A stretch of 64,000 nucleotides of DNA from the NCBI GenBank assembly GCA_964548925.1, contig CAZJTM010000005.1, positions 1,689 through 65,688 of the forward strand, in the 5' to 3' direction. Below the pieces are notes generated by a model that searched no databases, was not told where the DNA came from, and was given only the letters and a program-made list of their open reading frames with translations. The DNA is from an uncultured Verrucomicrobiota bacterium (GTDB lineage: Bacteria; Verrucomicrobiota; Verrucomicrobiia; Limisphaerales; MWDV01). Numbering within the stretch: the stretch's first letter is position 1; every line of letters begins with the position of its first letter. A program made the translations under genes and the position numbers. This document shows, piece by piece, positions 48,813 to 59,063 of this stretch.

Positions 48813-50093
48813 TCACCGTTTGAAATACCGGTCCGCGAACACCAGGTACTGCTCCCAATCGTAATCGGTCACGTCGTGTTTGCCGGTGCGGACATGGTAA
48901 CCGATCGTCGCGCCGACCGGCGTCTTCACGGGCGGTTGTTCAGTCCCGCCCAAGCCGGCTTTCCGGTAGAGCTGGTACACCGGCTCGGCCGCCCGCGCCG
49001 CCAGGAATTCGCCGCGCGGATCCGCCCAGCGATCCTCCTCCGCGCTGGCCACGTAGAGCGGGCGCGGGGCAATGAGCGCCAGCAACTCGTGTTGGTCCAC
49101 CGGCAGCGCGTCCTCACGTTCGGAATACTGCTTGAAGTTGCCGCAGAACCAGTGCGGGAAGCGCCGGTTCAAATCCCCGGTCCGTTCGCCAAAGCGCCGC
49201 CGCGCCAGAGCCGCGCCTCCTTCGCCAGACTCGTTTGAGATGACGATGGCAAACCGCTGGTCCTGCGCGCCCGCCCACAGAGCGGTCTTGCCGAGCCGCG
49301 AGTGGCCCAGCAAAGCCACGCGCTTCGCGTCAATCGTTCGGTCGGTTTCCAGGTAATCCAACGCGCGGCTCAGTCCCCACGCCCAAGCGCCAATCGCGCC
49401 CCATTCGCCGGGCTGGAATGCCGTGTTCGTGCCCGCCGGACTCAGGGCCGCGCGCAGACCCAGCTTCCAACCCTCGGCAAAGTCCGGCTCGATGTCCCCG
49501 TAGTAGGCCGTGACGAGCGCGTAGCCGTGCGTGAGAATCTTCTCGACCGGCCAGCGCGAGGCCTCGCGTCCCCTGCCCGCTTCCGTGGCGCGGTTGTTCG
49601 TCACCCCGCTGCCTTGCGGCAGCCAACTGCCCGCGAGTTGGACGGCGGGATCGCTGGTCACGGCGTGATTGCCGCCAAAGTTCAGGCCCAGAAATGCCGG
49701 CACCCGCCCTTTGACCCCGTTGGGTCGGAAGATCAGCAGGTTCAGACTCGGTCCACCCTCTCGACCGGTGAGCCAAACGGTGACTTCCTTCCGCGTGGCC
49801 TTGCCGCCGAACGCGTCGGTCGCTTGCGAGATGATCTCGCACGGCAGCCGACGCTGAGGCCTTTGAGGCGCGCGGCCATACACCTGTTCCTCGAACAACC
49901 GTAGCAGTTCCGGCCGGCGCTTCTTCTCCCAAGTCCTGACAGTGCTGATCCGCGTGCCGTCCGCACAAACCAACGGATCGGGCAACGTGTACGCCGGAAC
50001 TTGAGCTTCGTCGTAGTTTGGCGCGGCGGGTTGGGCCGGCGCCGCAGCGATCCATGCGGTGAAACCGATGGCCAGGACGGAATGCAATTTCAT
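48813..50093 (-). CDS. Secreted alpha/beta hydrolase, CE15 glucuronoyl-esterase-like
   Basis: MKLHSVLAIGFTAWIAAAPAQP signal peptide. GHSRLGKTALWAGAQDQRF (GxSRxGK nucleophile motif of CE15), ...SNESGEGGAAL...HVRTGKHDVT. Confidence 0.6.
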   Translation of the reverse strand: MKLHSVLAIGFTAWIAAAPAQPAAPNYDEAQVPAYTLPDPLVCADGTRISTVRTWEKKRRPELLRLFEEQVYGRAPQRPQRRLPCEIISQATDAFGGKATRKEVTVWLTGREGGPSLNLLIFRPNGVKGRVPAFLGLNFGGNHAVTSDPAVQLAGSWLPQGSGVTNNRATEAGRGREASRWPVEKILTHGYALVTAYYGDIEPDFAEGWKLGLRAALSPAGTNTAFQPGEWGAIGAWAWGLSRALDYLETDRTIDAKRVALLGHSRLGKTALWAGAQDQRFAIVISNESGEGGAALARRRFGERTGDLNRRFPHWFCGNFKQYSEREDALPVDQHELLALIAPRPLYVASAEEDRWADPRGEFLAARAAEPVYQLYRKAGLGGTEQPPVKTPVGATIGYHVRTGKHDVTDYDWEQYLVFADRYFKR

Positions 50094-50347
50094 AACGCGG
50101 TGATCCCATCGCGCGGCGGTTGGTCGGGACTTCCGGAGGCCGGCCGCCGGGCGACGCGTCCATAATCGGCGCGGAAACCAAAACTGCAAGACTTCAAAAA
50201 TGGAGGTGAGGCCAAGTCGGCAATGCCAGCCAGGCGGAGGACGGTTGTAACACACTTCCAAATGTGTGTACACGCGCGTTGCGACTTTTCACTCGCGCCA
50301 AACATGGCTAGAAAGCCGAGAGTGCGCGGCCTGTTCCCGGAGCCACG

Positions 50348-51625
50348 ATGCTCGGATATCTTCCCGTCATGCAAGTCTATGATCATCCCAGCTTTCGGAT
50401 GGCCTGCCAGCAATTTGACGCCGTGGCGGATTACCTCCAGATGCCTGCGGACAAACGCGACCGCGTCAAATATCCCAAGCGCTCTCTCACCGTCGCAATT
50501 CCCGTTCACCTCGACGATGGCCGCGTGGAGGTCTTCAGCGGCTATCGCGTGCAGCATCATCTGGCGCTCGGCCCCACCAAGGGCGGGTTGCGGTTTCACC
50601 CCGAGGTGACGTTGGGAGAAGTGGCGGCGCTCGCCATGTGGATGAGTTGGAAATGCGCCTTGACCGGCCTGCCCTACGGCGGAGCCAAAGGCGGGGTGGC
50701 CTGCGATCCGACGCGTCTCTCCGCCGGCGAACTGGAGCGGATCACCCGGCGCTACACCCAAGAAATGATCGGGTTCATCGGCCCGCAGACGGACATCATG
50801 GCGCCAGATGTGGGCACGAACGAACAGACGATGGCATGGATGATGGACACCTATTCCGTGCATTGCGGCCACGCGGTCACCAGCATCGTGACCGGCAAAC
50901 CGGTGGGATTGGGCGGGTCGCTGGGCCGGCGCGAGGCCACCGGACGCGGCGTGGCTTATCTCGTGAACCGGGCAAGCGATGCCACCGGACTGGACATCAC
51001 GAACGCAACGGCGGTGATTCAGGGGTTCGGCAATGTTGGTTCAGTGGCGGCGCTCTGCCTCGCCCGTTACGGAGCCAAGATCGTAGCGGTGAGCGATGTG
51101 CGCGGGGGCATTTACAATCCGCGCGGTTTGGATATTTGGGCGGTCGAGAAACACGTGGCCCGGCACCAGACCGTGGTGGGCTTTCCCGAGGCCGAACCGG
51201 TCACAAACGAGCAACTGCTGCTGCTCCCTTGCGACATCCTCGTACCGGCCGCCTTGGAGCGCCAGATCACGGAAGCCAACGCGGGCAAGCTGCAATGCCG
51301 CATTCTCGCCGAGGCCGCCAACGGCCCAACCACGCCGGAAGCGGACGCCGTGCTCCGCGAGCGCTCGGAAATCTTCGTGATTCCGGATATTCTTTGCAAC
51401 GCCGGCGGCGTTGTGGTGTCTTACTTTGAGTGGGTGCAGGACTTGCAGAGCTTTTTTTGGGGCGAGACCGAGATTGTGGACCGGTTGTTCCGCATTCTCG
51501 AGAGCGCCTATGTGCAGGTCCTCAACCAAAGCCGCAAAGAGAAGATCCCGATGCGGCTGGCGGCCTTGAGCCAGGGCATCAAACGGGTCACCGAAGCCCG
51601 GCGGGTGCGGGGACTCTTCCCCTGA
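50348..51625 (+). CDS. gdhA: Glutamate dehydrogenase (Glu/Leu/Phe/Val dehydrogenase family)
   Basis: GPTKGGLRFHP...LPYGGAKGGV...VIQGFGNVGS (Rossmann)...NAGGVVVSYFEWVQ. Confidence 0.92.
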   Translation: MLGYLPVMQVYDHPSFRMACQQFDAVADYLQMPADKRDRVKYPKRSLTVAIPVHLDDGRVEVFSGYRVQHHLALGPTKGGLRFHPEVTLGEVAALAMWMSWKCALTGLPYGGAKGGVACDPTRLSAGELERITRRYTQEMIGFIGPQTDIMAPDVGTNEQTMAWMMDTYSVHCGHAVTSIVTGKPVGLGGSLGRREATGRGVAYLVNRASDATGLDITNATAVIQGFGNVGSVAALCLARYGAKIVAVSDVRGGIYNPRGLDIWAVEKHVARHQTVVGFPEAEPVTNEQLLLLPCDILVPAALERQITEANAGKLQCRILAEAANGPTTPEADAVLRERSEIFVIPDILCNAGGVVVSYFEWVQDLQSFFWGETEIVDRLFRILESAYVQVLNQSRKEKIPMRLAALSQGIKRVTEARRVRGLFP

Positions 51626-51675
51626 CACGGGCTTTGACGCACCCTGAGCCTTCGGGATACAATGCGGCGCTGAAC

Positions 51676-52737
51676 ATGAATCTCGGTTTCCACAGGATCG
51701 CTTGGGGCGCGGCTTTGGCGGCACTGGCCGTCGGAGCGGGCCTCACCGTCCAGGCGCAACCCATCCGGCGTGGGCCGCCCATCCAGTTTTCCGAGCCGCG
51801 GCGCGAAACCGCCACCACAAACCTCAACGCCCTGGCCGAAGAGAAGAAGAACAATCTGCGGCGGCTGGAGGAAGAATTGAACAACTCGTTTCGCGTGCTT
51901 AACCGGGACGATGCCAGCGGCGCGCAGCGCATGCTCCCTCGGCCGCCCCCCGGACCGCTGATTCAAAGCCGAAAAGTCCGCGAACTCCTGGACCGAAGAG
52001 AAAAGCAGGAGAATTGGGTGTTCGACTCGCCCGAGAGCCGGATGAACGGCCTGACCCCCGAGGAAATCATGGGCATTTCACAGTTGGACGATCAGGGGCG
52101 CGAACTGTCGTCCATCCCGGCCTTTGAACGCTATTACAACAGCTTGGGCCGCGAAGGCCTGGGCACCACGAACCGGGATTCGGGCAGTTACAGCGATTCG
52201 CGCGAGAACCGGGACACGTTCGATGGGCGGAAAGCCGACGAACCGCCGGCAGACCCCCTGAAAGCCAAGATTCAGGAGGCCGAACAAGGCTTGCGGCAAG
52301 CCCTGAGAGAAGACTCCGGTCTTAAGTCGCTGCCCACCTTCAGTGACGGCTCTGTCATGCCAAAGCTGACCGAAGACCCGAACTCCAAGACGGCGCAGAC
52401 GAAACTGCAAGAGTCGCGCCTTGACCAGTTCAAGCGGATGTCTCAGACCGATCTGGCGAAGCCCGTCACCCCGTCGGCTTTCAGCAGCCTCCCATCCCTC
52501 AGCGGCAGCCTCCCTGGCGACCGCTTTCGCAGCTTGAATGGCGTGACCGTCAAACCCGCGCCTGCTCTGAGTCCACCGCCTGCGACAACGTCACCTGCGG
52601 TCAGCGGACTGTCGGGGGCCGGCTTGGCGGCATCGCCGGGCTTGGCAGGAGTGAGCCAATCCACGCCTGATCCAGTCGTCACGCGGCGCGCGCCTCCTCC
52701 CTCCCAGCTTCCAGAGATCCCGAGACGCAAATTCTGA
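51676..52737 (+). CDS. Secreted low-complexity protein of unknown function
   Basis: MNLGFHRIAWGAALAALAVGAGLTVQAQP signal peptide. A charged central region and a Pro/Ser/Ala-rich C-terminus. Confidence 0.45.
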   Translation: MNLGFHRIAWGAALAALAVGAGLTVQAQPIRRGPPIQFSEPRRETATTNLNALAEEKKNNLRRLEEELNNSFRVLNRDDASGAQRMLPRPPPGPLIQSRKVRELLDRREKQENWVFDSPESRMNGLTPEEIMGISQLDDQGRELSSIPAFERYYNSLGREGLGTTNRDSGSYSDSRENRDTFDGRKADEPPADPLKAKIQEAEQGLRQALREDSGLKSLPTFSDGSVMPKLTEDPNSKTAQTKLQESRLDQFKRMSQTDLAKPVTPSAFSSLPSLSGSLPGDRFRSLNGVTVKPAPALSPPPATTSPAVSGLSGAGLAASPGLAGVSQSTPDPVVTRRAPPPSQLPEIPRRKF

Positions 52738-52878
52738 GGTCGTCTCCATCTGGGCAACCGGCAAGACCTGCCTCCCCTGCCCCGTCCGCTCGCTTGCAAC
52801 CGCGTTTCCGCCTGTTCCGCTTCCAAGGCTGCGTTTCTCAAATTGCCTCGCCGGCGCCATCCTTGGTATCGTTCGCCC

Positions 52879-54405
52879 ATGCTCGCAAAGGTGTGCTCCG
52901 CCGCCGTCAACGGCATTGACGCCTATCCGGTCGAAGTGGAGGTGAACGCCGGCTGGGGCGATACCCTCGTGGTCATCGTCGGTCTCCCCGACACTGCCGT
53001 GAAAGAATCGCGGGATCGCGTCTCGACCGCGCTGACCAACTCCGGCTTCAAGTTCCCCATGGGCCGCACCACCGTCAATCTCGCGCCGGCCGATGTGAAG
53101 AAGGAGGGGCCGAGCTTTGATCTCCCCATCGCGCTCGGCATGCTGGCCGCCAGCGAGCAGATCGAAACGGATCAACTCGACCACTTCGCCGTTGTCGGGG
53201 AACTCGCGTTGACCGGCGGCGTGCGGCCCTGCAAAGGCGTGCTGCCCATTGCGCTCTGCGCAAAGGCCCAAGGCAAAGTCGGAGTCCTCGTGCCCGCGGA
53301 GAACGCCGCGGAAGCCGCCGTCGTCGAGGGCCTGCAAGTGATCCCCGTCCAGAATCTGCGCGAGGCGGCGGCCTTCCTCGAAGGTGAAATCCGCCTGGCG
53401 CCGGTGAAGGTGGACGTCGCCGGCATCTTCGATCAACCGCTCGACAATGATGTGGATTTCTCCGAGGTGAAGGGGCAGGAGTCCGTCAAGCGCGCCCTGG
53501 AAATCGCCGCCGCCGGGGGACACAACGTCCTGCTTATCGGGCCGCCCGGCACCGGCAAATCCATGCTGGCGAAGCGCCTCCCCACCATCCTGCCGCCGCT
53601 CACGCTGGAAGAAGCGCTGGAGACAACGAAGATTCACAGCATCGTGGGCCAACTTGCGCCCGGGCAGGCGCTGATCACGCGCCGCCCCTTTCGCGCGCCG
53701 CACCACACCGCCAGCGATGCCGGCCTCTTGGGCGGCAACATCAATCCGACCCCCGGCGAGATTTCTCTGGCGCATCACGGCGTGTTGTTTCTCGACGAAT
53801 TGCCCGAGTTCAAACGCAGCGTCTTGGAAACCATGCGCCAGCCGTTGGAGGAGGGCCGCGTGACGATCTCGCGCGCCGCCGGCACAATGACGTTCCCCGC
53901 GCAGTTCATGCTCGTGGCCGCGATGAACCCGACCCCCGACGGCAAGATGCCGGGCGAATCCCGCTGTTCCCCGCGCGAAATCCACAACTACCTCAACCGC
54001 ATTTCCGGCCCGTTGCTCGACCGCATTGACCTGCACGTGGAAGTGCCGGCGGTGAAGTTCCGTGAGATCACCACCGATCACGTGGGCGAGACTTCGGCCC
54101 AAGTCCGCGAACGCGTCGTGGCCGCGCGCCGTCGCCAGCAAGAACGGTTCAAGGGAAAACCGAAGGTCACGTGCAACGCCCGCATGGGTCCGCGCGAGCT
54201 CAAATCGTGGTGCAAGCTGGACGAGGCGACGACGGAACTCCTCAAGTTCGCGATGGCCGACATGAACCTGAGCGCCCGCGCCTACGACCGCATCCTGAAG
54301 GTCGCCCGCACGATTGCCGACCTGGCCGGCACGGAGGCCATCTTGGCGGATCACGTAAGCGAGGCGATCCAGCTCCGCTCGCTCGATCGGCAGATTTGGG
54401 GTTGA
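52879..54405 (+). CDS. comM: YifB/ComM family Mg-chelatase-like AAA+ ATPase
   Basis: MLAKVCSAAVNGIDAYPVEVEV...FDLPIALGML...LLIGPPGTGKSMLA...GVLFLDELPEF. Confidence 0.9.
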   Translation: MLAKVCSAAVNGIDAYPVEVEVNAGWGDTLVVIVGLPDTAVKESRDRVSTALTNSGFKFPMGRTTVNLAPADVKKEGPSFDLPIALGMLAASEQIETDQLDHFAVVGELALTGGVRPCKGVLPIALCAKAQGKVGVLVPAENAAEAAVVEGLQVIPVQNLREAAAFLEGEIRLAPVKVDVAGIFDQPLDNDVDFSEVKGQESVKRALEIAAAGGHNVLLIGPPGTGKSMLAKRLPTILPPLTLEEALETTKIHSIVGQLAPGQALITRRPFRAPHHTASDAGLLGGNINPTPGEISLAHHGVLFLDELPEFKRSVLETMRQPLEEGRVTISRAAGTMTFPAQFMLVAAMNPTPDGKMPGESRCSPREIHNYLNRISGPLLDRIDLHVEVPAVKFREITTDHVGETSAQVRERVVAARRRQQERFKGKPKVTCNARMGPRELKSWCKLDEATTELLKFAMADMNLSARAYDRILKVARTIADLAGTEAILADHVSEAIQLRSLDRQIWG

Positions 54406-54413
54406 GACTGGTC

Positions 54414-54869
54414 ATGCGCTTCTTCCTGATTGACAAGATCACCCGCTGGGAAGTCGGCGTGCTCGCGGAAGGCGTGAAGAATGTTGCGCTGAGCGAGGAC
54501 TTCTTTGACGACCATTTTCCGCGGCGGCCCGTCATGCCGGGGGTACTGATCCTCGAAGGCATGGCCCAGCTCTCGGGTTTGCTGCTCGAAGCCAGCCTGC
54601 AACAGAAGCACGGGACGAATGCCAAGGCGGTCCTCACGGTTCTGGAGAAAACGAAGTTCCGCACGCTCGTGAAGCCGGGCGACACGCTGAGCTACCGGAC
54701 GGAGGTGGTGTCGGTGAACGAGGCCGGAGGCAAGGTCAAGACCACGGCCTTTCGCGGGGAAACCGTGGTGACTTCCACGGAAATGGTGTTCGCCTTCAAG
54801 CACGTTGACGACCCGCTGCTGGACGAGAAGCGGCGGCGGTTGATGAATTTGTGGATGAAAGGCGGTTGA
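54414..54869 (+). CDS. FabZ-type 3-hydroxyacyl-ACP dehydratase (canonical His/Glu)
   Basis: FFDDHFPRRPVMPGVLILEGMAQL. First gene of the coupled operon, 8 nt after comM. Confidence 0.8.
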   Translation: MRFFLIDKITRWEVGVLAEGVKNVALSEDFFDDHFPRRPVMPGVLILEGMAQLSGLLLEASLQQKHGTNAKAVLTVLEKTKFRTLVKPGDTLSYRTEVVSVNEAGGKVKTTAFRGETVVTSTEMVFAFKHVDDPLLDEKRRRLMNLWMKGG

Positions 54870-54883
54870 CGGCGGAGGGAACC

Positions 54884-56011
54884 ATGGGCGGCGCCATTGT
54901 CATCACGGGAATCGGCTTGGTCACGCCGCTCGGTGACAATCCACGCGAGGTTCTGCGCCGGATCGAGGCGGGAGAATCAGCCGCGTCGCCGCCGATGGGT
55001 TTCGATGCCACGCCTTTCGCGTGCCCCGTGTGTGCAGAGGTGAAGGATTTCCGACCGCAAGCGCACGTCGCGGAGGTCAAACGCCTCCGCCTGATGAATC
55101 GCGACGCCCAACTAGCCGTCGCTGCCGCGCGATTGGCGCTCCAGGATGCACGGCTCGAAGTCGGCGTGGACTATCGGCCGGACGAGATCGGTCTGTTCGC
55201 GGCCACCGGTCTGGCTGGGCTTCCGCTGGCGGATGTCACGCCGCTGATTCGGACCTCAACGTCGTCCGACGGGCAGTTCGATCTCGCGCAATTCGGTCAA
55301 GCCGGTTTGCGGTCAGTCAGCCCGATTCTCTCGTTCAAGATTCTCAGCAACATGCCGCTCTGCTTCGTTTCAATCTGCGAGAACATCCGGGGCGCGAACG
55401 CCGTATACACACCGTGGGAAGGACACGGCGCCCAAGCCATTGAGGCTGGCGTGCGCGCGATTCAATGCCGCGATGCACGATGCGCTGTTGTCGGCGGGTG
55501 CGACGTCAAAACGCACGAACTGGCTTTCATGAATCTGGAGCAGCACAGGCTGTTCGATTCGTGGAAAACAGAGCGGGTCGGCGTGATTCCAGGAGAGGGA
55601 GCGGTGTTCCTGGTGCTGGAGGAAGAGCAGGCAGCAGTAGCGCGAGGCGCGCGAACCTATGCCCACCTGGGGCGATCCAGCTTTTCCACTATGCACCCGA
55701 GGGGGCGAAGACAGGAAGCGCTGGTCCAAATGCTGCGGAGGCTTGGCTGCGCCGGTCCTGCGTCAATTGTCGCGGCCGGCGAGGATGACCCGGCAAGCCG
55801 CCAGGACGAGGAGGCGGCATTGCAGGCTGCTGGCATCAAAGCTGACACGACGCTGCATCCCAAGCGGCATGTGGGCAATCTGTTCGCAGCCGCCGCACTG
55901 CTGCAAATCGCGCTAGCCGCCTTGCTGGTCGAGCGATTTGGGCGACCGGTTCTGGCGAACTGCTTGGGCCACGGCAGCGAACAGGCGGCATTTGTCCTGG
56001 AATCCACATGA
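54884..56011 (+). CDS. Ketosynthase-like protein lacking the active-site Cys (chain-length-factor-like partner)
   Basis: Thiolase/KS fold (IVITGIGLVTPLG...). The position of the catalytic Cys reads NAVYTPWEGHGAQAIE instead of ..STACA(T/S)G... The KS His motifs are also absent. SD GGAGGG lies at 54875-54880. Confidence 0.75.
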   Translation: MGGAIVITGIGLVTPLGDNPREVLRRIEAGESAASPPMGFDATPFACPVCAEVKDFRPQAHVAEVKRLRLMNRDAQLAVAAARLALQDARLEVGVDYRPDEIGLFAATGLAGLPLADVTPLIRTSTSSDGQFDLAQFGQAGLRSVSPILSFKILSNMPLCFVSICENIRGANAVYTPWEGHGAQAIEAGVRAIQCRDARCAVVGGCDVKTHELAFMNLEQHRLFDSWKTERVGVIPGEGAVFLVLEEEQAAVARGARTYAHLGRSSFSTMHPRGRRQEALVQMLRRLGCAGPASIVAAGEDDPASRQDEEAALQAAGIKADTTLHPKRHVGNLFAAAALLQIALAALLVERFGRPVLANCLGHGSEQAAFVLEST

Positions 56012-57270
56012 GCCGGCGCGTGGTCATCACGGGATTGGGACTCTGCACTCCAGTGGGGCGCAGCGTGGATGAGTGCTGGCAGAATCTGCGAGCCGGACGC
56101 TCGGGCATTGGCCCGATCACGCTGTTTGACGCTGGCGCGTTGCCGGTGCGCATAGGTGGCGTAGTCAAGAAACTGGAGATCGCCCGGCTCGCGGAGAAGT
56201 TTCCCGTCGTTGCCAGCGAAAAGGATCGCAAGCTTTGGCTCGGATTGGACGCAGCTTCGCAGGCTTTCGCGGATTCCGGAATTCCAGCAGTCGCCTTCGA
56301 GCGGGCGTTGTTGCTGGTGGGCGTGAGTCTGGAAGCCTTCTTCTTGGAGCAGGTCACGCCAGTAGTTCAGGCGGAGAACTTGGCTCGGGCGCTCGCGGAA
56401 CGGCTGTTGCGGCAACGATGCGTGGAGAGACTACAGACACCACTGGATCGCCTGACCCAGATCCTCGGCGACTATTACGGAGTGCAAGGCCGTCGTTTCA
56501 CGAATGGCTCGGCTTGCGCCGCGGGAGCGCAGGTGATTGGCGAGGCGTTTCGCAGACTCCGCGACGGCTCGGCGGACGTGGCCATCGCGGGCGCGACGGA
56601 CAGTTCGCTGAATCCCCTGGGGCTCGGCGGTTTCAGCCTGCTCCAAATCCTTTCCACCGAAAACGAACAACCGCAGACGGCCTGCCGCCCGTTCGATGCC
56701 ACGCGCCAGGGGACGGTTCTCGCTGAAGGTGCGGCTTTCGTGGTGATGGAGGCGCTGGAGCATGCGCAACATCGCGGCGCACGCATCTACGCAGAAGTGC
56801 TTGGCTACGGCTCGTCGCTGGACGCCTACCGCGTCACCGATCCAGAACCGACCGGTCGGGGCGCGGCGTTGAGCATAGCCAAGGCGATCCAGGATGCGGG
56901 GTTGACACCCGGCGAGATTGATTGCGTCAACGCGCACGGCACCGGCACGCCCAAGAATGACGTGGCCGAAACGCTCGCCATCAAGCAGACTCTCGGCAAG
57001 CGCGCGTATGAGGTGCCCGTGACGGCGAACAAATCCATGACCGGCCACATGATTGCCACGAGCGGCGCAGCGGAAGTCATCGTCTCGGCTATGACACTGT
57101 TCCGCCGGGAAGTCCCGCCGACGATCAACCTCACCCATCGCGATCCTCAGTGTGACTTGGACTACGTGGCCGATGGCTGCCGGGCGTTTGGCGGGCGCAC
57201 GGTTCTGTCAAACTCATTCGGCTTCGGAGGGCAGAACGCCAGTTTGGTGTTCGGAAGATACGAACCATGA
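56008..57270 (+). CDS. fabF: Beta-ketoacyl-ACP synthase II-like (catalytically complete)
   Basis: [30 protein letters not shown] (Cys), [11 protein letters not shown] (His), [14 protein letters not shown] (His). ATGA overlap upstream. Confidence 0.9.
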   Translation: MSRRVVITGLGLCTPVGRSVDECWQNLRAGRSGIGPITLFDAGALPVRIGGVVKKLEIARLAEKFPVVASEKDRKLWLGLDAASQAFADSGIPAVAFERALLLVGVSLEAFFLEQVTPVVQAENLARALAERLLRQRCVERLQTPLDRLTQILGDYYGVQGRRFTNGSACAAGAQVIGEAFRRLRDGSADVAIAGATDSSLNPLGLGGFSLLQILSTENEQPQTACRPFDATRQGTVLAEGAAFVVMEALEHAQHRGARIYAEVLGYGSSLDAYRVTDPEPTGRGAALSIAKAIQDAGLTPGEIDCVNAHGTGTPKNDVAETLAIKQTLGKRAYEVPVTANKSMTGHMIATSGAAEVIVSAMTLFRREVPPTINLTHRDPQCDLDYVADGCRAFGGRTVLSNSFGFGGQNASLVFGRYEP

Positions 57271-58007
57271 AACGTGTTGCCTTGATCACGGGCGCGTCGC
57301 GCGGCATCGGCCAAGCCATCGCCGAAGAACTGGCGCGGCGGGGGCATCGGGTGGCGGTTGGCTTCCGCGAGCGTGCAGACGCGGCGCAAGCAGTGGTGGA
57401 GGGCATCCAGCACGCCGGCGGCGAGGGTTTCAGCATTCAACTCGACGTGACCAACGCCGCGGACTGCAACGCCGTCGCCGCCAGCATCCGCGAGCGTTGC
57501 GGGCGCCTCGACATCCTGGTGAACAACGCCGGCGTCACGGACGAATCGCCTGCGCTCGCGATGGAGGACTCCGCGTGGGAGCGTGTGCTCGCCGTCTGTC
57601 TCACCGGCGCGTTTCAACTGTCCCGGGCCTGCGCCAAATCCATGGTGCTGGGACCCTGGGGGCGGATCGTGAACATTTCGTCCGTCGTTGCCAGCCAAGG
57701 CGGACGCGGCCAGGCGAATTACGCGGCGGCGAAGGCCGGGCTGGAAGGGTTGACGCGAGCGCTCGCGATTGAGTTGGCGCCCCGCGGCATCCTCGTCAAC
57801 GCGGTGGCGCCGGGCGTGGTCGAGACTGAAATGTCGCAGCCAGTCCTACAGCGGCACGGCGGACGCATTTTGAGCCACATCCTGTTGGGCCGCGCAGGTC
57901 GGCCCACCGAGATCGCCAGTCTGGTTGCCTACCTCGTATCGGACGAAGCCTCCTACATCACCGGCCAGGTCTTCCGCGTGGATGGCGGTTTTGGGTTGAA
58001 CCTATGA
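57267..58007 (+). CDS. fabG: 3-oxoacyl-ACP reductase (classical SDR)
   Basis: [30 protein letters not shown] overlap. Confidence 0.9.
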   Translation: MKRVALITGASRGIGQAIAEELARRGHRVAVGFRERADAAQAVVEGIQHAGGEGFSIQLDVTNAADCNAVAASIRERCGRLDILVNNAGVTDESPALAMEDSAWERVLAVCLTGAFQLSRACAKSMVLGPWGRIVNISSVVASQGGRGQANYAAAKAGLEGLTRALAIELAPRGILVNAVAPGVVETEMSQPVLQRHGGRILSHILLGRAGRPTEIASLVAYLVSDEASYITGQVFRVDGGFGLNL

Positions 58008-58663
58008 TGGGCTACGACGATCTGCTTGAGTTGCTGCAGTCACGCCGTTCGCATCGGCGCTTCGAGGAGCGGGCGGTTGATCGGGAAGACATACGGCGCT
58101 TGCTTGAAGCGGCAGGCTGGGCGCCGTCCAACCACAACCGCCAGCCGTGGCGATTCCTTGTCCTGGAAGACCGGCAGGAGATTCAAGCACTGGCTGAAGG
58201 AGTCGGACGAAGTCTTGCGACGAGGCTGGAGTCGCTGCCGGCGGTGGCATCGGCTTACACCGCAGAGCTGGCGGAACACGCAGTGCTTTTCGGGCGGGCG
58301 CCACTGCTCATCGTGGCGTTGCACAAACATCCCGTTAGCGTGTCTGCCGCGCTGTTGGAAGGCGTAAGCCAGCCAGAACTGGTTTCCGGAGAGCCGCTCA
58401 GCGTGGCGATGGCGGTGGAGAATCTCCTGCTCGCGGCCCACGCGCTGCGGCTGGGCGCTTGCGTCATGACCGCGCCATTGTTGGCGCAGAATGTCGTGCG
58501 GAATTACTTGGCCGTACCGCCCAGTTTCGAGATCACGTGCTTCGTAGCAGTGGGGCATCCGGCGGAATTGCCCGTGCCGCCGCGCAGGAAAAAACTCGAA
58601 CAGATTGCCGAGTTCAGAAATGATCGCCGGCGTTCCGGGAATACCAAAGATGACGGACCTTGA
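58004..58663 (+). CDS. Nitroreductase-family flavoprotein
   Basis: [49 protein letters not shown] overlap. Confidence 0.85.
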   Translation: MMGYDDLLELLQSRRSHRRFEERAVDREDIRRLLEAAGWAPSNHNRQPWRFLVLEDRQEIQALAEGVGRSLATRLESLPAVASAYTAELAEHAVLFGRAPLLIVALHKHPVSVSAALLEGVSQPELVSGEPLSVAMAVENLLLAAHALRLGACVMTAPLLAQNVVRNYLAVPPSFEITCFVAVGHPAELPVPPRRKKLEQIAEFRNDRRRSGNTKDDGP

Positions 58664-59063
58664 AATCTTAGGAGAGTTGAAGCCCTTACTCGTGGAGGTG
58701 TTGGGCGTCGCGCCAGAGCAGATCCGGATGGAGAGCGTGCTGGTGGCGGACTTAGGTGCAGAATCCATTGACCTGCTGGACTTGAGCTTCCGCATCGAGG
58801 AGCAGTTCAAGGTGAGGATTGAAGCCAACGAGATCGAGCGCGAGGCGAGGAAACGCCTTCCCGGTGGCGTGTTTGAGAAAGACGGTTGCCTGACGGACGA
58901 GGCGCTGGCCGAAATCCGCAAGTCCATCCCTGAACTCGATCCAGCCAAACTCGTGAAGGGCCTGCGCAAGATGGATCTGCCGTCGCTGCTCACGGTCGCG
59001 TTCTTCGTGCATCTGATCGCGCGTAAGCTGGCAGCCAAGACAGAAGGAGTCGCCCATGCTTAA
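58650..59063 (+). CDS. Acyl carrier protein with ~60-aa C-terminal extension
   Basis: LKPLLVEVLGVAPEQIRMESVLVADLGAESIDLLDLSFRIEEQF (phosphopantetheine Ser in the AESID context). 137 aa in total. It overlaps the neighbours by 14 and 8 nt. Confidence 0.7.
   Translation: MTDLEILGELKPLLVEVLGVAPEQIRMESVLVADLGAESIDLLDLSFRIEEQFKVRIEANEIEREARKRLPGGVFEKDGCLTDEALAEIRKSIPELDPAKLVKGLRKMDLPSLLTVAFFVHLIARKLAAKTEGVAHA

Noticed and set aside
52591-54354. A 587-aa minus-strand ORF.
   Set aside because: It is antisense to comM, which has clear Walker A and Mg-chelatase motifs.
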